A program made the position numbers and the translations under genes. Of a DNA stretch of 64,000 nucleotides, positions 13,601 through 25,782 are shown one piece after another. Source of the DNA: Phoronis australis (Eukaryota > Animalia > Phoronida). The stretch spans positions 655,731 to 719,730 of the forward strand of contig NMRA01000082.1 in the NCBI GenBank assembly GCA_002633005.1, read 5' to 3'. A model generated the notes under the pieces. It did no database searches and was not told the DNA's origin. It was given only the letters and a program-made list of their open reading frames with translations. Position 1 is the stretch's first letter; each line of letters begins with the position of its first letter.

Positions 13601-14656
13601 ATGGCACTTTACAACGTTTCCGACTGTATGGCTACTGGACTATTTTAATAAAACAATCATTACCATTTTTGTAGGGCATAAAACAAAACCATTTTTGTTA
13701 TTTCTTTTTTCAGTCTCACATCTGTTTTTGCTTTTTTAGGAACACTTCGTAATTAACTAATTATTGACGAGCTAAAACTGAGCGCAAATTTCAAAATATT
13801 CTATTTATGTCCATTTTGAAAGCAATCATTGAGACGATTGATTACATAATTTCATGTAAACCAAACATAGACGTCATGTTGCTAAGTTAGTTAAGAAAAT
13901 CAAGTAAAACTCATTAAGAGCCCAGTCAGAAAATTGTTTAGATACTCCTAAACGGGGCAAACTGTAAACTTCAATGGACTTTGAGAATGGTTGCATTCCT
14001 TGCATACTATTGTGGGCTCACTGTTTTCCTTTCGATTTTTCTCTACGGCAGCCTAATTGAAAGATTTGAGGTTCAGGAATGTCGGACGGCGATTACGTAA
14101 AATATATGGCTTCCGCTATTTTGTGTGTGTGCTTTTACCCGCAATAAGTGTATGCCGTTTGTCTTATTGTATGTTGTGAAACCAGTGAAAAAAGCAACTG
14201 TCTGAACATAACATGAAGATGGCAACCAGTATGACGGGTCTCACCAGCGATCCTACCGACGAAAACGATGAGCAAGTCCTTCTTGAATTTACATGAATTC
14301 ACACTCTTTATCCTTCCTAATTCAATGTCACTTGCCTACTTGTAGCTCAAAATCCTAGTGCGCAGAAGCTAAAGGATGCGGAAACCGAGAGACGAGTAGT
14401 GTTTGCTGTTAGCGGTGTGTGCGCCCTCGTCTTCATTTGTTGCGTCGCTCTCGCCATTTTTATATACGTTGCAAAAACTCACAAGAATCAGTTTGGAGTG
14501 GACGATGTCGAACTGGATGAAGAAAATGAAGTGTTAAGCGGGGAAACCGACTCGCAGCTGGAGACGCCGTCACAAAGCAAGTCCGATTCCGAAGCTAATG
14601 CGCATGATGAAAACGAACACCCGGAGACACCATCGGGAAGTGATGACGAGATCTAA
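1458..14656 (+). CDS. Gene 1 (spliced, 5'-incomplete): type I membrane receptor, SEA-like domain + about 38 EGF/laminin-type repeats + TM + acidic tail (SCARF/MEGF10-like family)
   Basis: join(1458-1604,2049-2213,2483-2581,2729-2959,3362-4615,6777-8213,9545-9685,10671-10814,11434-11580,12264-12296,14346-14656). All introns are GT-AG and phase 1, and the frame stays open to TAA at 14654-14656. The repeats match C-x2-G-x-[YFW]-G-x2-C-x3-C-x-C. Confidence 0.85.
2049..2213 (+). CDS. Gene 1 exon: SEA-like domain, second half
   Basis: Pyrimidine tract + acag acceptor and gtaggc donor, phase 1-1. Encodes SAVLEFTLRPP...SLEALKWLETVVKEEAFIIKNNGG. Confidence 0.6.
2483..2581 (+). CDS. Gene 1 exon: EGF-like repeat
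   Basis: ttccag / gtaaga. Encodes TECPDGMYGLGCKNKCDCGPGQPCDQQGKC. Too short for the ORF track. Confidence 0.85.
2729..2959 (+). CDS. Gene 1 exon: EGF-like repeats
   Basis: ttttaag / gtgggc. Encodes IKCPDKTFGEKCKYRCEC...GRYGEDCATLCDC...CVDGKCTK. Confidence 0.85.
3362..4615 (+). CDS. Gene 1 giant exon: about 13 EGF/laminin-type repeats
   Basis: Lies within ORF 3328-4635. Acceptor tttgtag, donor gtgaga, 1254 nt, phase 1-1. Confidence 0.95.
6777..8213 (+). CDS. Gene 1 giant exon: about 16 EGF/laminin-type repeats
   Basis: Lies within ORF 6731-8233. Acceptor tttcag, donor gtaagt, 1437 nt, phase 1-1. Confidence 0.95.
9545..9685 (+). CDS. Gene 1 exon: EGF-like
   Basis: tttcag / gtaagt. Encodes CLRPNRFGTACTRACHCLDDKPCHRFTGKCKACKPRWEGDTC. 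Confidence 0.9.
10671..10814 (+). CDS. Gene 1 exon: EGF-like
   Basis: ttgcag / gtaagc. Encodes CDKPNVYGEDCKSECQC...CRGICPVRRKGDTC. Confidence 0.9.
11434..11580 (+). CDS. Gene 1 exon: EGF-like
   Basis: tttcag / gtacgt. Encodes CPLPGTFGELCENKCHC...CAEYFSGDNC. Confidence 0.9.
12264..12296 (+). CDS. Gene 1 33-nt juxtamembrane micro-exon (putative)
   Basis: Strong acceptor ctgtttgttgcag and donor cag|gtaagt, phase 1-1. Encodes ALPDAEQGIP. Confidence 0.6.
13207..13457 (-). mobile_element. MITE family A copy
   Basis: Reverse complement matches 294-400 (cacccagcctaaaa..gggctcgaatgttt..gaatgtggacct). Flanks are gacat / aacat. Confidence 0.7.
14346..14656 (+). CDS. Gene 1 last exon: transmembrane helix + acidic cytoplasmic tail
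   Basis: Acceptor cttgtag. Hydrophobic stretch VVFAVSGVCALVFICCVALAIFIYVA is followed by KTHK and a D/E/S-rich tail ending DDEI*. Confidence 0.85.
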
Positions 14657-15363
14657 AACGGAAAAGTCAATCACGCCTATTAACACCCGCCCTCCTTTAA
14701 AAGTGCATAATTACTGGAAAATTTGTTCCTAACGTCATGGTTATTCCGATCACTGTGCCATTTCAAGTTTTGGGCTGTTCGAATGAGGTGCACATTAAAT
14801 CTATTTATTTATTTTTTATACATGTTTATGTTTAATCTTGATTTCCTGATAGCTGTATGCTCCCTTTGCATATGCGGTATTTCAGCACCACGAATCTGGG
14901 AAGATTATTGATTTTATTTGGTGATCAATAATATAATGATAGCTGGAGATGTGATTGAAAAGCGTAAGACTGGTAGTTTTCAAAAAATACATTTTTGAAT
15001 TTCGTTTAATTTTCTTCGGTGTAATTGGTTTCGTGTTTTATTAGAATGGTGATTTAGAGATCAGTTTGTATCATTTGTAATAAAGCGTTTCCAGTCTTTT
15101 CCCGGGCTACTCTGTATTATATTTGCTCCTCTGAGCACTGTGGACGATTTCTGACAGGCAAACGCACTATCCCGAACCACGTCAATCATTTTTGTGTTAC
15201 AGCAGGTCAAATGTTCTGGAAAGAAATTTGTACTGCCTAGGGGAAGAATCCCACAGCCGAACACCTTAATAGCCGACTAAAATCTGACGGGTGTTCCCGT
15301 CTCTTTTGATGAACACTCGATCGGTTCACTCTTAGGTGTAGCTATTTCATTTCGGCGTTTCCC

Positions 15364-15403
15364 ACTAGCTGCTACCCGTGCTCTCGCACGGGTAGCGGCT
15401 AGT
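15364..15403. repeat. 40-bp hairpin resembling a Helitron 3' end
   Basis: actagctgctacccgtgc-tctc-gcacgggtagcggctagt: 18-bp arms with one mismatch, ending in CTAG-T. Confidence 0.6.
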
Positions 15404-15914
15404 CCTATTTATTTTCGTTTAGTTAACCTGTTGCGTGCCAATGACATCTCTTGGTGGCAGCCATAAATGTGAGTCACACACTTCGAATTCCAATAATGAT
15501 GATGATGTCTGTAGTTGCAAAAATCTCCATTCCCAGGAAACTACAAACGAAAACCGCGTCAAACATTATTTCTGGGAGAGGGTAGAACTGGATTATACGA
15601 GTTCCCACTCACGAAAACTAGCATCCAAACTCTAGTACCAGGATTTTCCAAACCAATACGTCTTATGTATTACACAGACACACCTAAGAGATGGATCTTG
15701 AAGACAAATGAGTTCCCAATACTATCTCTTGTTACCACAGATGGCTCTCACACAAAAGTAAAGCCCAAAAGAAATTAAATAAGACCATTTTTTAAGATAA
15801 AACCACTTTACTGTATAAGCAGTCAAAAGTGCAAGAAGTTAGCTTCAAAAGGCAATTCCCCATCTATTTTAGAATATTCCTGAACAATGCATGTGGCTGT
15901 CAGACTGCAGAGAC

Positions 15915-17034
15915 CACAGGCGCTTGGGTTTATCGCAAATGACTTCACTCAATAATATACATGTATATAAGAAAACATAAAGGTTGGACACTTAAACTTT
16001 GCCAAGCCGAGGCTCCCAACTTCAACCGTCCAAAATCCAAATAAAATCTGCGTGCACCTCCCTCAGTCTGGTGTTGCATAAACCTTCGAAGCCTTATCTT
16101 TCCGAGATCCCATTAACTGTCTTCGTGAGTGGTGAACTGGAGATAGAATTTCCAAAACAATCTCAAAACTCTGAATTCAAGGACCTGAAATAGTAACCAT
16201 GGCGGATTTCAGTTGTGCTTCAACTTGTACCCCTGTGGTAGGTGAAACTTCGAGTTTGAGCAAGCAACCTATATTTCAAATTCAATAATTCTAATCCAAA
16301 ACTCAACTAATTGAGAATGTTAAAGTTAGTATTTTAATGATTATTTGTAACTTTTTTCCACTGACAGCTCATATTAGCCCTTAACTTAGAATTTTATTAC
16401 ATAAACTGGCGTATCTTGTTTCTCATCTTGCCATCACGAACTTTTTTGCTGAAGCACAACACACACTCGGCCAGGAAACGCAGTCCGTGCAAGTATTACA
16501 ATGCCCTTGGCCGACGAGTTAACTCAATGGTTTTGGCCAAAAGTAAAACCTTCATAAGAAATCACAGTACACAAAAAACTTCGCATATCAATACAGTATC
16601 AGGATAATTTATATTTGAAACAAATATGTGAGTAATTACATTTATTTGGCAATAAAGTGCTCTCTGCTTCTCATGATCAGTAGTCGATGGATTGACGGCG
16701 AAAGCCGCGCGAAATTAGACTTTCGGATTTAGCTCGGGAGCGTCTGTCAAAACCCGGATGTGCGAAGACCGTCTGCCGTGACATCACGGAATTAGGTCCT
16801 TGAATTTGTGATTTTGGCATTCTTTTGGCATTTTTGTCACCAAATTACCACTTGAAGGCAATTTGAAGAGATCAAATGAAAGAAAGTATTCTAAGAGTTG
16901 TTTGATGCTAGTTTCGTGGAGTTCCATGCACATTTGAGTAGAAAATTCTGAGCAAACAGATTTCGAGTGTCCAACCTTTATGTTTTCTTATATATTATGA
17001 GTGACGTCATTTGCGATAAACCCAAGCGCCTGTG
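15915..17034. mobile_element. Non-autonomous DNA transposon (P-element-like), about 70-bp TIRs, 8-bp TSD
   Basis: TIRs 15915-15992 and 16966-17034 start CACAGGCGCTTGGG. Exact TSD GCAGAGAC at 15907-15914 and 17035-17042. Confidence 0.9.
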
Positions 17035-19523
17035 GCAGAGACAAGCTCGGCCTTAGATACCGGAAAGGTTCCGATGCGCATGTTCAATAGAGTCGATGCA
17101 TGCTTTTCACCTGACCTCTCCTCAGCTACAGTCGTGGAGTTGGCAGACTGAAAATCGGTAGTCTGCAATTCTGACTATAGCTTAGTCCAACCATTGGTTA
17201 GGCTGGGCATTTTTACCAGACTATAATGGGAATCCGTCGTTAAATAACTAGAGGATACATAAATCCTGGCCTGCTTGTCTCAGAAAACGGTCTTGAATTC
17301 GGATAACACCATGCATGCGCTCAGTTCGCCGAGGTCTCTTTGAAATGAAGAGTTCTCGAGTGTAAAATTGTTTGCGTTTATTCTAAAACAAAAATGCACC
17401 TCAGCTACCAATCAAACTTGCCCACCATAAACGATATTAAAATCAGCAAAATACTGACTGGCTACAACCACGGAAGTAACGTTATGTTATGTAGATGCAT
17501 ATTAAGATTATCCCAAACCATATTTAGTGACCTTCGTTCTTATTCGTATATCAAAAAACTAAGCTTTGACAACTGGTAAAGGTATGAATTTCTGAAAGAA
17601 AAGATCAAGGAATATAAATATGTGATTTGTATTTACGTAGAATTGTTACAGATTATTACATTAGTGGAAATTTCATTTTTAAAAAAGGTACCCCTGGACG
17701 ATTTTAATGAAACCATTTATCAATGAAAACTTCACCATTTACATCAAATACGCTCTTAGGAATTTTCCTTTCGTTTGATTTCAATGACGAAACGTAGGTA
17801 TTTTTTGTGAAAATAGAAGACGTATTTGCCTTTGTTACATTACGCAAAAACTAAGCCTTTTTATCAAAAATCTTAAAAGCGTTTTTGAGATTTATGAGTA
17901 AATCTTAAAATTGAAAAGTTTCAGCGAAATTAACCAATCTGTTTTTTCCTAAGTTCAAATAAAGTCGATTTTCGGAAACCGAATAAGTCGATTAAACTGG
18001 GACGAGTGAAAATCTCCAACTCTTCGGTGAGAACTTGTTTTCGTTCAATATGTAACCTATACATGCCTAAACCATGTTAGTTATTTCAACATTCACTCGC
18101 AATGACAACTGAATTAAAAAGTACCATCCCCAGCTAAGGGGTGGCATCAAATTTCACTGTTGTTTGACCTACTTAAAAGTAGGTCAACTACTTAAAAGTA
18201 GGTCATAGTCTGTTGTTGTACACATAGTCCGTACACGTCACTTGCCGGTCCCAAGGTGGTTCTGCTAAATCTTTTTTTCTCTGTACAGGGTACATATTTT
18301 GTATATCAAGTTCCTCGAGAATCGATATAAAGTATTGTAAAAATGACCAGTTTTTAATAAGGTTTGATATAACCTTAAAATCATTCCTTGAAGAGAATGA
18401 AGACTAAACGACTGTTGAAAAGTTCCACTGGGGGTTGTGGCATTTGGTTTGTGAGCTCAGGCATGGTTTTACTTAAAGAAACATGTTTCCTGGGGAAAAA
18501 ATATTTACTCTAGAGAAAATGCGAAATGCCCTGACAAACGGGGCCCTACCGTTTCCGTTGAGTATGATAAACATGCTCAGTGCCAGACGCTGAGTGCTCA
18601 ACCGGTTGGGTTGCGATATAAATAGCATACAAGCAATGCAGTGTAAGCAGTGTGTGTCCCTTCTGACGTTGCTGGCCCAAAGCCGAACTGATTAGTTGCA
18701 ACGTCCTGGAACTTGTGGCAACAATTCTGCAGTGAGTGATTTCTTTTATTTTCTGCTTCTGCCCGCAACATTGCTCTGCCATCCATCATATTGTCATTAA
18801 AAAAGAACTGACGGTAACTACTCTTGAGACCTGTTACAAGTTGCATGTATTTGTGGTATCCGGTATTCCTTTGGCATGTGAACGCTAATTGATCCTATTA
18901 ACCAGTTAAAAACATCGTTATGCATCTGTTGGATGAGCTAAAAGGGCTTTGCTTAAACGTGTTGCATTTGAATGACGATTTTGCTTTCATACGACAACTA
19001 TAACGAGACCTAAATCGTATTATTCAAATTGGTTCTCTGCCAGAAACAGAATTCAACGTGTTCAACAGATATTTTCTCGATTTAAGGATTTTGAATTTCT
19101 CTTCATGTCTGAGCATTTATTATTCAGTTTCAAATTTCAAATAAACAATCTGTCAACTTCTAGTCACTTCTTTGATTTTTACCCAAAAGACGTAACACGC
19201 CTCCTTAACTCAGTTTCCAGCGTGTCCTCTAGGGGAAAGGAACACGCAGGAGTCATCCAGCGGCACGTGTTTTATTACAAGTTGATGTAACCTTGTTGTC
19301 ATTGGTAAGATTTACAACAAAGATTTATGAACAATGTTCATTTCCAAACAAATCCAATGCTGGAATTACGACTCAATGGGAAAGTTATTCCCATTAAGTT
19401 CACACACAACCACATTGGCTTGCTACGAGACCATAAGCTTACATTTACTCCTCACTGTTGCGAACTCGTTCATAAAGTACAATCCAATTAGACTTGTCTC
19501 GAGTCATCTCAACTCCATGCATC

Positions 19524-21128
19524 ATACCCCACCATCCACTCAAAAGAATCCAACCCTCAGGCGTCATCCAAAGTCGATAAAAGTATCTTATTTCTAGACT
19601 ACTTCACTGCCAAAAGTCACATTGCACCATGAATAAACTATGCAGAATTCCCAAACAGAACATTAGAACACCTCTCTTTCATAGAAGCCCAACCATCTGA
19701 AGTCAGAAAACTACTAGAAAACATTGACGAAAACAAAAATGACGGTACCAATCTCATAACCAATAATATAATCAAGATAATAGCAAGAGAGCTTANNNNN
19801 NNNNNNNNNNNNNNNNNNNNNNNNNNNNNNNNNNNNNNNNNNNNNNNNNNNNNNNNNNNNNNNNNNNNNNNNNNNNNNNNNNNNNNNNNNNNNNNNNNNN
19901 NNNNNNNNNNNNNNNNNNNNNNNNNNNNNNNNNNNNNNNNNNNNNNNNNNNNNNNNNNNNNNNNNNNNNNNNNNNNNNNNNNNNNNNNNNNNNNNNNNNN
20001 NNNNNNNNNNNNNNNNNNNNNNNNNNNNNNNNNNNNNNNNNNNNNNNNNNNNNNNNNNNNNNNNNNNNNNNNNNNNNNNNNNNNNNNNNNNNNNNNNNNN
20101 NNNNNNNNNNNNNNNNNNNNNNNNNNNNNNNNNNNNNNNNNNNNNNNNNNNNNNNNNNNNNNNNNNNNNNNNNNNNNNNNNNNNNNNNNNNNNNNNNNNN
20201 NNNNNNNNNNNNNNNNNNNNNNNNNNNTCTAAATAGTCTGGAGCAAACTAGCCACCCGTCGTAAACTCCACCTGTCCATGTATACATTCAAAGTCTTAAC
20301 CAACATAAACAATTACTCTAACAAAATCCTCTTTGACTCCTACAAAAGACCAAGCACGATTCCAGGACTCCGGCAAAGCAATATGTATACTATTCCAGCC
20401 TCCATCAGCCAAGCCTTCAGAAGATCAGCGATATTAACTTTTATTGACAACTGGAATTCCTTACCATTCAAAATAAAAGAAAGCACTTCAATCGTCACTC
20501 TCAAAAATAACTTTAAAATGCATACCACTACTCCAGACTTGCCAGTCCCATTGACATCATTCCAACTTCCCCGCAACCATGAAATAACCCTATACAGATC
20601 AAGATGTGGTCTATTCCTAAACAACGAGACATAATTTTAATAATATTTCGGCTCTGTGTTCCTGTGGAGATACCCAGACATATCCTCATGTTTTCTTTGC
20701 TTGTGAGGTATGCAAGGAGGAGAGGGTACAGCTCTTCCAGGCACTCGAACAATACCCCAATGTTTATAAAAAATATTCTGAAATTCCGCAATTGTACAAC
20801 AAAATTAAATTTCCTTCTATATGGATGTCAAGAACTTAACCCAAACGAAAATAAGGTTTTATTTGAAATAGTATCAGAATTTCTTTATAACATTAAACCT
20901 CTTTGTGTGAGTGGATACAATTTTATACATCTGTATGAAAATGAATTATTTTCATTCCTTGTTATATATCATTGTATTTTTAACATCAGTTTTTTATTTA
21001 TGCATTCGTATATAATCATTGTACAGAGACTTCTTTGTATTTTTTTACCCAGATCTAATGCCTCTTGGCGCTTTCTGGGTTATGTATATTCATTGTTTCT
21101 GAAGATTTCGTAATAAACATTAAAAAAA
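19524..21128 (+). mobile_element. Inner 5'-truncated CR1/L2-type LINE with polyA tail and 13-bp TSD
   Basis: Encodes SEVRKLLENIDENKNDG..LITNNIIKIIAREL, then the gap, then W..LATRRK...WNSLP...CSCG...HVFFAC. Ends aataaa + A-run. TSD AACTCCATGCATC at 19511-19523 and 21129-21141. Confidence 0.85.
19796..20227. other. Assembly gap (N run)
   Basis: Run of n characters. Confidence 1.
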
Positions 21129-21935
21129 AACTCCATGCATCTTGATACCATGTTCAAGTCTTCTGTACTTCCACATCTAGATAACTGCGACATATTCTAC
21201 CAATCGGCATCCTTATTTAATTAGAAAGACTGCAATACCAAGCAGGTTTACCCATAACAGGAGCATACAAAGGGTCCAACACCATCATGGTTCTAAATAA
21301 TCTCAACTAGAGCAAACCAGCAACCCGTCGTAAATCCACTTGTCAAAGTTTTAACCAACATAAACAATTATTAAAACAAAGTCCTCTTTGACTCCTACAA
21401 AAGAACTAACACAAGACGAGGACTGCGGCAAAGTAATATATACACTATTCCATCTTCCCTCAACCAAGTCTTCAAGAGATCTACGGTATTAACTGGCATT
21501 GACAACTGGAATTCCTTACCATCCAAAATAAAAGAAAGCACTTCAATCGTCACTCTCAAAATAACTTTAACATTCATAACACTTCTCAAGACTTGCCAGT
21601 CACATTGACATCATTCCAACTTCCTCGCAACCATGAAATAATCCTAAACAGATCAAGATGCGGTCTATTCCTGAACACCGAGAAATTTAGAATAATATTT
21701 TGCCTGTGTGTTCCCGTGGAGACACCCAGACAAATGCTTGTTTTCTTTGCTTGTGAGGTATGCAAGGAGCAGAGGGTCACGGTACAGCTTTTACAGATTC
21801 TCGAACAATACCCCAATATTTAAAAAATATTCTGAAATTCCCCAATTGTACAACAATGTTTTCTATATGGATGTCAAGAGCTCAATCCAAATGGAAATAA
21901 GGTTTTATTCGAAATAGCATCTAATTTTTTAAAAA

Positions 21936-24634
21936 CAGTGGCGGATCTACGTTTTCAGAAAGTGGGGGTGTAGGATTCCCGCAAAGGTCGAATCCGAGGC
22001 GCGTGGCGCCGAGCGGAGGGGGAGGTAAACCCCCCTCCAGTGTAAGACAACTTTTTGTTTTTGTAGCCAAAAAGTGAAATTTCCATGCATCCTGGTAAGT
22101 TCCTGGTACTTAACAAGTCCCTGGAGTTTTTCTTAAGATAATTAAAAACCCTTCTCAATTTCGTCACATGAACTTGGCTCATTATAAGTTTAGTGAAACC
22201 ATATTTGTGCACATCTGGGTATGAGTCACACCACCAGCAAAAAATTTTGTTGGAACATCTGCTTACACACACATTCTTTAGCAGGCGAAAAAGTGTTGTG
22301 TGTATACAGGGGCTTAGACAAATACCAAATATTCAATACCATAAGTAGCACCGACGTTGCTTAAAAACTTGAATATCAGATGATCGCAACAGCCTCAAGC
22401 TGTTTAAGAACGAAGACCTGTACTGTTAGTCCGGAAATAAACATATGTTCTGTCTGGTTACGAGAAATACTGGCGAACAATGGTGCTCTCAGCTCATAGT
22501 CTATTACTAAAGGCAACAATAAACAAGTATCACTTTATTAAGCTGAATCACGTTGACAACAATTGAAAAATGTCAAATGTATCAGGAAAGAAATCATCAG
22601 TTTCAGGAAACCAAAACATTCTGTACATCGTGGTGAAAAGATATACAGGAACAGTTTGAAGAGGGACCAGATGTACACTGAGAGTACACAAAAACTCTGG
22701 CTTGGTCCGTCAAGAGACCAAAAGTACACCTGTGGTTATTATTCCTATAAGAATAGTGGATCTGTCGCGGAACCAAACAGTACTGACTGAGATAAATAGT
22801 TTAACAAAGCACACTTTGGTAAAAAACATCGCAAGACTAGTTCGCCGAGGGACCAGAAGTCCACTAAAACACGATATCTACACAAATCAAGCTGGCCTGG
22901 CCGTTGCGAAACCTAAAGCGTACTTTGCAAAAAAACTTGAATTGAAAACTTCTCTCTAGACATTTTTCAATTCCCAGCGGTTGCTCATACGTGTAGTTTA
23001 CACATCTGGTGGTCAACTGCTGCAAGGTGTTGTCTAGAAAGGGTTTTCGCACCGTTCTGTAGTACTCACTGGAGGAAACAAGTATTGAGTACAGATTTAC
23101 CTACGCACTACGTGAAATAGATTTTGGTTATGAAGTAGATACATGTAGATTCAAGTGGAAGTACAAACCAGAGTCAGTTTCTGTGCGCTCGGAGACCCTC
23201 TGTTGTACTGGGTAAATTTGGCTTGTCCAAAAATAATTTCCGTTTCGTTTTCATTGTACACAAGCATAAAAAACCGACATTATATACAGACTGTGTAGAA
23301 TTATGACTTATTACCTGGGTGTTTCTTCAGGAACGTTGGTCCTATCATTCTGTTGTCAAGACTTCCGAGGAATCTGTATGTCGGATCCAATGGTTTGCTC
23401 CTCTTGGAACAATTCTAACCAGACATCTTCGACGTTTGTTCCCAACACTTGCACTTCGTCAACTGTGTCAATGAGCTTGTAGGCCTTAGCATCTACAACG
23501 TCAGCATCTCGTTTTGCAGCCCCTGAGGTTACCAAGTCCATTCAAAAGACTTACAGCTTGTGCAACTAAATTTAATCCGTTCATCATGGACAATTTCAAA
23601 CCTTGACGATGTATCCCAGGACCCATTTACATTTCTTGCAAATTTCGAAATAAACGTCCCATTGTTTGAACGCTTGAAACCAGAAGTACTGACATCAAAT
23701 AAATGTCCATGAGCATGGGCGTTTCGTCGGGTGGGCCTTTCTGCGGAAATTCCCAGTATAGAAAACGACAGTGTTACTTATTGCAGGTAGAAAGACGGTA
23801 AGTGTTGAGGTCGGCACTAGGGCTCCTTAGGAGGCCTATTGAAAATCACACGAGTACTGCAAGACTTTGTTGTGAAAATACAGCCTCCCTGCCATTTCTG
23901 GTACTGTACAACGTTCGCAAATGCGTTCACTTTGTCTATATGAGTGCCCCCTTGGTCATTCCTTTTAAAGACATAACTATGAGTGCATCTTCAAACAGAC
24001 TCGCGACCAGACCACCGCGCCCGCCACAATAGCAATTTTTCGCAAAACGAGTTTTTTTTTCAAAATTATTACATCTACATGTACACTACATGATATGCCG
24101 CATGACAACTTTACTATGCACCAGTCAAATTCGAGTTACAAACGTGTGAAGTGTAATAGGATGAAACGGCATGACAGATGAGGTAAAAGCGTTGCACGTC
24201 AATTCACCTGAATATCAGGGTTGAGGCACCACAGTATTTCCCCTAATCAAATCAAAACATATATCAGAGTAAAGAAATTAGCTACCTAAAGAAATCAGCT
24301 ATAGAGCTGCTCTTTCAGCGGTGGATCGATCTAAAATGCTTGGCTACTTCAGAAGTGTCGACGGAAGCGCGCGCACAATTGATCTCCGGGGTTTTGCCGA
24401 TGTGCCACGAAGACTCGAAGTGCGTTGATTTTGATAACAGCAATTCACAATACAAAAAAATATATTTTCAGAGTGAACCCTCCTCATTTTTTCCAAGTTA
24501 GTTTATTTGGGGTTTACACACACTGGCGGTGCCGTTTTTGTTTTGCTGGAGACGTTTTTGTTTTTTTTTATTTTTTGGGTCCTGGCCCGAGGGGGGGGCT
24601 TAAACCCCCTGAGCCCCCGGTAGATCCGCCACTG
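21936..24634 (-). mobile_element. Decayed hAT transposon (ZMYM1/THAP12-like transposase remnants)
   Basis: Exact 15-bp TIR CAGTGGCGGATCTAC / GTAGATCCGCCACTG. Minus-strand fragments DVV..AYKLID.V...NVEDVW..LF.E...IPRK...DRTNVP..TP, PFLDNTLQQLTTR and DFFPDTFDIFQLLST. LINE sequence is continuous across the element. Confidence 0.8.
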
Positions 24635-25107
24635 TATAATATTAAATCTCTTTGTGTTAGTGATTAGAATTGTATACATGTGTATGGAAATGATTTATTT
24701 ACATTCGTAATCATATGTCATTGTAACATTAACATCAGTTTATTTTAATTTATGAATTTGTACCAGACTATTGCCGTGGGATATGAATTACACTTACTTC
24801 AAATACTTGCCGTCCACGTGACGCTAACTTGTTCGCAGCGACAAATGCACAAATGTTTCTTTTGCATGTAAACACAAATTGCAATTCGAAATCTCGTGAA
24901 ATCAATGTTGACATAGGTTGGCCCTTTTTATTTTTGTTTTTGTTGATATTTTTATGTGCTTTGATTTTGTAATGTAATTTATTTCACAAACATTGAATAT
25001 ACACACAAAACGTACAGAGAGGGGCGTAGATGAAGTAATATCCCAAGAGACAATCAATCGACAGAAACCGAAGGTCGAGGTCGAGTGGTATGTTACTTCA
25101 TGTACAC

Positions 25108-25782
25108 CATAGACTATAGTACATGGACCGCCAACGCCGTATACTTTCAATGGACGAAATCTGTGATCTTACGCCCTTACGTCATTATTCACTGGCGACA
25201 CCTGGCTAAATTTTCTGGTGCAATTTCCGGCAAATGCGTCGTCTGGTAATCATGGTCGGCTACTGTGTGACCGGTTGTTCGGCCACACACGGGAAATGCA
25301 AAGGAATTAGCCTCCATACCATATGAAGACCCCATAATCAGCTGTGGGAAGAAAAGCTTACTTCTTGTGTCAACGTGAATGGCAGTTCTTTCAGCAATAA
25401 GACATTTGTTCAAGGCTATTCAAAGATGAATGTTTTTTAAGAGGCTCAACTACTTAATTCTGTCCTCACAAATCCATTTTTCTTTCCTCCGCTTTGATGA
25501 AACTATCTGGTAAACTTTTGACGAAAATTGTCCGCTAAATTTCTTCCAAAGGTAGTGACTCATGAACTCCTGTCCTTACGAGGAACTTCAGTCATAGTCT
25601 AGTGAGCGAATTAACCAAATCAGTCTCCCCTGGCCCTGATCAGACGGTTGGTCTCAACAAATTGCGCACATTTGGCCAGGATTCTGGTCAGCGATTTCAC
25701 ACTAACCGGAAACTGTACCAGAAAGGTCAGGCTAGCACGTAAGAAAATGCCGGAGTTGCGAATCTGTTGTCTATAATCTATG
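25108..25782 (+). mobile_element. P-element-like non-autonomous element, 8-bp TSD ATGTACAC
   Basis: Ends CATAGACTATAG ... CTATAATCTATG with an exact TSD. Contains a THAP-like start MVGYCVTGCS. Confidence 0.85.

Larger units (their letters stand above)
19334..24760 (+). mobile_element. Outer decayed CR1/L2-type LINE, split by two nested insertions
   Basis: RT C-terminal motifs LNGKVIP...HNHIGL..DHKLTF near 19360-19450 resume at 21129 as LDTMFKSSVLPHLDNCDIFY...ITGAY. The 3' UTR resumes at 24635. The left boundary may extend to about 18900. Confidence 0.75.

Noticed and set aside
19793-20287. ORFs spanning N runs (also 58935-59642)
   Set aside because: Artefacts of assembly gaps.
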